Origin: a virus
Lineage: Duplodnaviria; Caudoviricetes
Strand: one strand, 5' to 3'
IMG/VR virus record: IMGVR_UViG_3300047282_000185
Coordinates: 1 to 35,742 of that record
DNA: 35,742 bases
The translations under genes and the position numbers were made by a program. Position 1 is the stretch's first letter; the number at the start of each line of letters is the position of its first letter. This document shows, one piece after another, positions 31,825-35,742 of the stretch. The notes beneath the pieces are model-generated. The model was not told where the DNA came from and made no database searches. It worked only from the letters and a program-made list of their open reading frames with translations.

Positions 31825-33835
31825 TGTTCAACTCCTTGGACAGCTCCTCCAAGAAGTCTTCTTCCATGCCCGAAACCCTGTTTTGCTTTTCGGCCATCTG
31901 AAGCTCTACGATCTTGGACTTGTTCTTGATGTCCGCTTCCTTGAGCATGAGTTCAGCGATCTTCACGCGCTTGTTGAACTCGTCAGCCTCCTGACCTTGC
32001 GGCAGGTTCTTCGTCGTAGACGCGATGACCTTGGCCTGCACTTCCTGCGGCATCAGTTGCGCTTCGGTCAGCAGCTTTGCAGCCTCTGCCCGATTCTGCT
32101 CGGCCTGGGTCGTGTTCACCGCAATCTGCGCCTGAGCCGCTTGCAGGGCCAGTTGCTGCTTGGCCATCTCCAACTGCTGCGCCTCAGGATTGGGCTGGGC
32201 CATCTGCTCCAGCGCGCCGATGAGTTCGTAGCGGTTCGTGAGACTGCTGTTGGACAGGATGCCCTTAAGCAACAGCGGCAGGACAGGCGTATTCGGCCCC
32301 AGCGTCTGCAACAGTCCAATGAACTGCTGCTGCTCGTACTCGCGGGCAATGATGCCCAGCGTTGCCGTCGGGATGAACTTCAGATCCACCGACGGATAGC
32401 GCTCGGGGTCAAACTGCATGTAGCGGAATGCCGCCTTCTGGATGAACGGGATCAGGAAGTCTTCCTGGAAGTTCACCAGCGTGCGCTTGTACTTCTTGAT
32501 GATCGTGGCCACCGCCATCGACATCCCGCCAGCATCGCGCGCCGCTTGACTGACCATGCCCTGGCTATCGAGCGTGCCGGTCGATTGCAGCAGCATGCGC
32601 TCGAAGTCCTTGGCCGTGGCCAGATTCGCCCCGTCGGTGTTGCCAAACTTGAACGGAAAGAGAATCTCATTCGGATTGCCGTTCGTGAGGATCGCCTTAC
32701 CCGGGCGCACTTCAAACTTCGCACCGCGCGGCAGACGCGTGGCATCCATCGCCATCATGGGGGCGGTGGTCAGGGCCAGCGAGTCCAGGTGGCTACGCAC
32801 CTCGGCATCGATGGCCTTTTGCATGTTGTAGGCTTTTTCCACAGTGCCACGGCCCAACAGGCGGTTGGGCACTGTGTCATCCTGATACGCCAGGACCGGG
32901 CGGTCCTTCATCATGTAGGGGTTCTCTTCTGCTTTCAGGAGGAACCCCTCGTTGGCCACCACGACAATCGCTTCCACCAGATCGCTGTACTCATCTAGCG
33001 CCGTGTCCTCGGGGAAGAGGTCTTCGACTTCTTCCTCCTGCACGGCCTTCAAGTACTCACGCGGCACCAGACCGTAGTACGTCAGCAGGCGCACCTTGTC
33101 GCTCTCGTATTGGCTGATCTCCTGCGTCGGCTCCAGATCGGTGTCCTCGCCAGCGGGCTGGATCGGCAGTTTGCGGTAGATACCGCGCTCCATTCCCTCC
33201 ACGATCTTGTGGATGGAGACGTACTTCTCAATCGCCACGCCCAGGCAGTCGTCAATGCTGGTGCCGTTGGGGTCGAACAAGAAATTCTTGGGGTTGACCG
33301 GGACGATCTTCACGGCCACGCGGGGCTTTTCCACCACGCCAATGGCCGCTTGGCCCATCTGGCCCGGGATCGGCTGCGTGGCAGGCACAAAGACCTTCTC
33401 GGTCTTGACGATGATCTCGCCAATGCCCGTGCCGTAGATTTCGGCCATCAGTTCAATCTGATCGATGGACTTCTTGATCTTGTCTTGCTTGAAGTCCTCC
33501 ATCAGTTGAGCCTTGATCATCTCAACATCAAGCGGATTGCCGTTAACGTCCTTGATGTCATCCTCAATGTCAAAAAACTCGCCCTGACCGAAGATCGCTT
33601 CCATGATCTCCGCGTGGCGAGTCTCGACGGCCTGCTGAGTGGCGGGGGTGACTAGCTTTGAGCGCTCCGATTCGCGCATCTTGTCTTCCGCTGCCCACTG
33701 ACCCCGGAAGATTCGCTCATACTCCAGGTACGCGGGCAGGAAGTTCGTGTCGCGCCAGTCCCTCCAGCGGTCACAGTGATCCGTCACAAAGGCCAGCAGC
33801 TCTTTGTCGCCCTCAGTAGGCTCGTAGTAATCCAT
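31814..33835 (-). CDS. Portal protein (podovirus, P22-like with long helical C-terminus)
   Basis: 673 aa after TerL; YGTGIG, FDP, GRGTVE..Q; Gln/Ala-rich C-terminal helix; GGAG SD. Confidence 0.85.
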   Translation of the reverse strand: MDYYEPTEGDKELLAFVTDHCDRWRDWRDTNFLPAYLEYERIFRGQWAAEDKMRESERSKLVTPATQQAVETRHAEIMEAIFGQGEFFDIEDDIKDVNGNPLDVEMIKAQLMEDFKQDKIKKSIDQIELMAEIYGTGIGEIIVKTEKVFVPATQPIPGQMGQAAIGVVEKPRVAVKIVPVNPKNFLFDPNGTSIDDCLGVAIEKYVSIHKIVEGMERGIYRKLPIQPAGEDTDLEPTQEISQYESDKVRLLTYYGLVPREYLKAVQEEEVEDLFPEDTALDEYSDLVEAIVVVANEGFLLKAEENPYMMKDRPVLAYQDDTVPNRLLGRGTVEKAYNMQKAIDAEVRSHLDSLALTTAPMMAMDATRLPRGAKFEVRPGKAILTNGNPNEILFPFKFGNTDGANLATAKDFERMLLQSTGTLDSQGMVSQAARDAGGMSMAVATIIKKYKRTLVNFQEDFLIPFIQKAAFRYMQFDPERYPSVDLKFIPTATLGIIAREYEQQQFIGLLQTLGPNTPVLPLLLKGILSNSSLTNRYELIGALEQMAQPNPEAQQLEMAKQQLALQAAQAQIAVNTTQAEQNRAEAAKLLTEAQLMPQEVQAKVIASTTKNLPQGQEADEFNKRVKIAELMLKEADIKNKSKIVELQMAEKQNRVSGMEEDFLEELSKELNNGR

Positions 33836-33837
33836 AG

Positions 33838-35097
33838 TCACACTCCGCTAATGACATCAAGCGGTTGCCAGTCATCCTGATCTTCTTCCTCGAAGTAGGA
33901 TGTGACCGCTAACTGGTCTATATATGATAGGGCATCCGGCAGGTCGTCATGGACGCCTTGCGCCGGAAACATGAGAAGCTGATCCGTGAAGTCGTCCCAC
34001 TCCTCATCCTGATTGAGCACGATTCTCCCATGCTCAAAGCGGCCCTGCAAGGCCCAAATGATGCGGTCTGCCTTCTTTCGGTTGCCATGCGTCAGGTCCA
34101 CGATGTGGGCGTAGACGTTGTTCTTTCGCATGAGGTCCGACAAGTAGGGCAAAACCGCGTTTTTGAGCGATCCGCGCTCAATCCCTACGCTTAAGGGCCG
34201 GTAATCCCGAATCTTGATCAGAATCTTGGCGGCGGTTTCTCTCACATCCCATCTTCCGTGCTCAATCTCCTTGACGAACCACTTTCCCTCGTCCGTTACC
34301 TTCACCACCGCGATGGCCGACTCGTCCAGGCGCTTCTTGGCGTTGGCCGCTTGCTTGGCCACCTCCTCAAAACCCGCCAAATCCACCGCGATGAACCAAC
34401 TTCCATGCTGTGGCTCCTCGCCATAACGGATCCACTCCTCCTTGAAGATGTCCGAACCAGCATTTGAGAAGCTGGCAAGGTATTCCTGCTTGAAAGCGAA
34501 GCTGGAAAGCGTCTTTTTCGCCGACTCAATCTCGCTCGGATCGATCAGCGGGTTGTCTTTTGTCGTAAAGTGCCAGCTTTTCCAGTCCTTATCACTCTCT
34601 TGCTGGCCTAATTGCCATAAATCGTAGAACCAATTCCTACCTTTTGGCGTGCCGATGAACATGGCGCGCCCTTTTCGGTCACTTAAACTGGCCCGGATCA
34701 CCTGCTCCCAGGCTTCTGGCTTGATGTCAGCCACCTCGTCGAGCACCGCGTAGGTCAGGCTCACGCCGCGCAGCGTGTCCGGGCGGTCGGCACCTCGCAC
34801 ATAGATGCGCGCGCCGTTGATCATCGTGATGTCCAGATTGTTCACATGACTGCCCGAGATCACTTCGCGCCCCAACTCCAGCAGCAGGTCCCAGATGATC
34901 TGGCGCGACTGGCCCATCGTCGGTGAGACGTACAGCACCGCCGATCCGGGCGGGCACTTCAGGGCCTCAATGATCAGCGTCGTTGCCGCTAGTCGGCTTT
35001 TGCCACACCGCCGTCCGGCGGCGATCACTTTGAATCTCGTGGAATCGGCGTATACGGATTGCTGCCAGGGCAGAAGCTGGAAATTTAGGTCAGACAT
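33838..35097 (-). CDS. terL: Terminase large subunit
   Basis: Walker A AGRRCGKS, LRG, Walker B VLDE, GTPKG, nuclease VDLA...DES...HDDLPDA. Confidence 0.95.
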   Translation of the reverse strand: MSDLNFQLLPWQQSVYADSTRFKVIAAGRRCGKSRLAATTLIIEALKCPPGSAVLYVSPTMGQSRQIIWDLLLELGREVISGSHVNNLDITMINGARIYVRGADRPDTLRGVSLTYAVLDEVADIKPEAWEQVIRASLSDRKGRAMFIGTPKGRNWFYDLWQLGQQESDKDWKSWHFTTKDNPLIDPSEIESAKKTLSSFAFKQEYLASFSNAGSDIFKEEWIRYGEEPQHGSWFIAVDLAGFEEVAKQAANAKKRLDESAIAVVKVTDEGKWFVKEIEHGRWDVRETAAKILIKIRDYRPLSVGIERGSLKNAVLPYLSDLMRKNNVYAHIVDLTHGNRKKADRIIWALQGRFEHGRIVLNQDEEWDDFTDQLLMFPAQGVHDDLPDALSYIDQLAVTSYFEEEDQDDWQPLDVISGV

Positions 35098-35266
35098 AGA
35101 CCATCTCCGTCGGCGCGATCAGGATCGCATCGGCGTTCGGGTTCCAAACCTCAAAGCGCGCCTGTAACTCAAGGATTAACGCTGGCAGCTTTTCGGTTGT
35201 CGTCAGGTACTGCTCTTTGACAAGGTGATCCGCTTTGGTGAAGGTAACCAGCCAGTTCTTAGACAT
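35090..35266 (-). CDS. Hypothetical protein between terS and terL (58 aa, MSKNWLVTFTK...)
   Basis: Translated by hand; 8-nt overlaps with both neighbours; AAGGA SD. Confidence 0.55.
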   Translation of the reverse strand: MSKNWLVTFTKADHLVKEQYLTTTEKLPALILELQARFEVWNPNADAILIAPTEMVYV

Positions 35267-35546
35267 CCGTTATATCCTTCGCTTCTATGATCGTGGGCGC
35301 TTCGCCGATCCCGGTTATATTGATCGTGACGGCGCTGCGCGCGCCTTTCTCGCGGTCAAACAAGCTGGTGGGTAGCGTTCGGTCCATGCACATCTTCAGC
35401 GCCGCCATCTGGCCTGGATGCGTGTCGTCCATCGCAATGTCGAGCACCTTCTGCACTACGTTCTTGCCGCCAGACTTCAACAGATGCTCCTTCAACTCCT
35501 TCAGGCGCATCGTCTCCGTCTTGGGCAACGTCTTGGGCAAGTTCAC
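35259..35546 (-). CDS. Putative terminase small subunit
   Basis: 95 aa; AMDDTHPGQMAALKMCMDRTLP followed by a beta strand VTINITG; AGGAG SD; first late gene. Confidence 0.65.
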   Translation of the reverse strand: MNLPKTLPKTETMRLKELKEHLLKSGGKNVVQKVLDIAMDDTHPGQMAALKMCMDRTLPTSLFDREKGARSAVTINITGIGEAPTIIEAKDITDV

Positions 35547-35712
35547 TTTTTCTCCTGTAGGGAAAGCGGTGCCTTGATTCTAGGCCGAATCCCTTTTTAT
35601 GTGGGGCGGAGGCACCGTCAAATTTACACAGCCAGCCAGACCCCTCCCCCCCTATCAATAAGCCAAAGTCCATAGGCTCGGGCTATTGCTTCGCGCGGCA
35701 GGCGGCCATCGG

Positions 35713-35732
35713 CCATGTGGACCATGTGGACC
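35713..35732 (+). repeat. Tandem CCATGTGGA repeat, same iteron as at 140-347
   Basis: CCATGTGGA x2 (35713-35730), containing GTGGACC at 35717 and 35726. Confidence 0.7.
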
Positions 35733-35742
35733 GGGCTGGCGG

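Noticed and set aside
1-35742. tRNA/rRNA genes, integrase/att site, direct terminal repeats
   Set aside because: None recognised by eye; the ends share only short motifs (GGCCATCGG and the iterons), not an exact terminal repeat.

Overview
The window looks like an essentially complete, probably circularly permuted ~35.7 kb tailed phage genome (about 60% GC, podovirus-type gene set). A Gram-negative host is inferred from the sigma70 promoters, the GH19 endolysin and the ejection proteins. Layout: (1) a non-coding origin-like region spanning both window ends, with inverted GTGGACC iteron arrays around an AT-rich core; (2) a + strand early operon (450-2488) behind a near-consensus sigma70 promoter, led by a Cys-rich GP88/DUF7227-like protein; (3) a divergent replication module, with Cas4-like exonuclease, SSB, family A DNA polymerase (Leu762 type) and primase-helicase on -, and VRR-NUC, SNF2 helicase and about 9 small genes on +; (4) one long - strand late operon: TerS, TerL, portal, a multi-gene fibre/RBP module placed inside the head module, scaffold, MCP, decoration protein, five small basic proteins, tail adaptor/nozzle, cupin, three ejection proteins and lysis genes. 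I recognised no integrase, repressor, tRNA or CRISPR array. The most interesting signals are a T4-gpT-like (TM + periplasmic GAF) holin candidate beside a second holin, a ~2.1 kb leading region with no CCTC/GAGG or ACCT/AGGT, the Fe-S/radical-SAM-like first early gene, a candidate sRNA complementary to the early transcript's 5' end, and an in-frame coiled-coil remnant after a tail-fibre stop codon. All family assignments come from motif recognition by eye, not from database searches.
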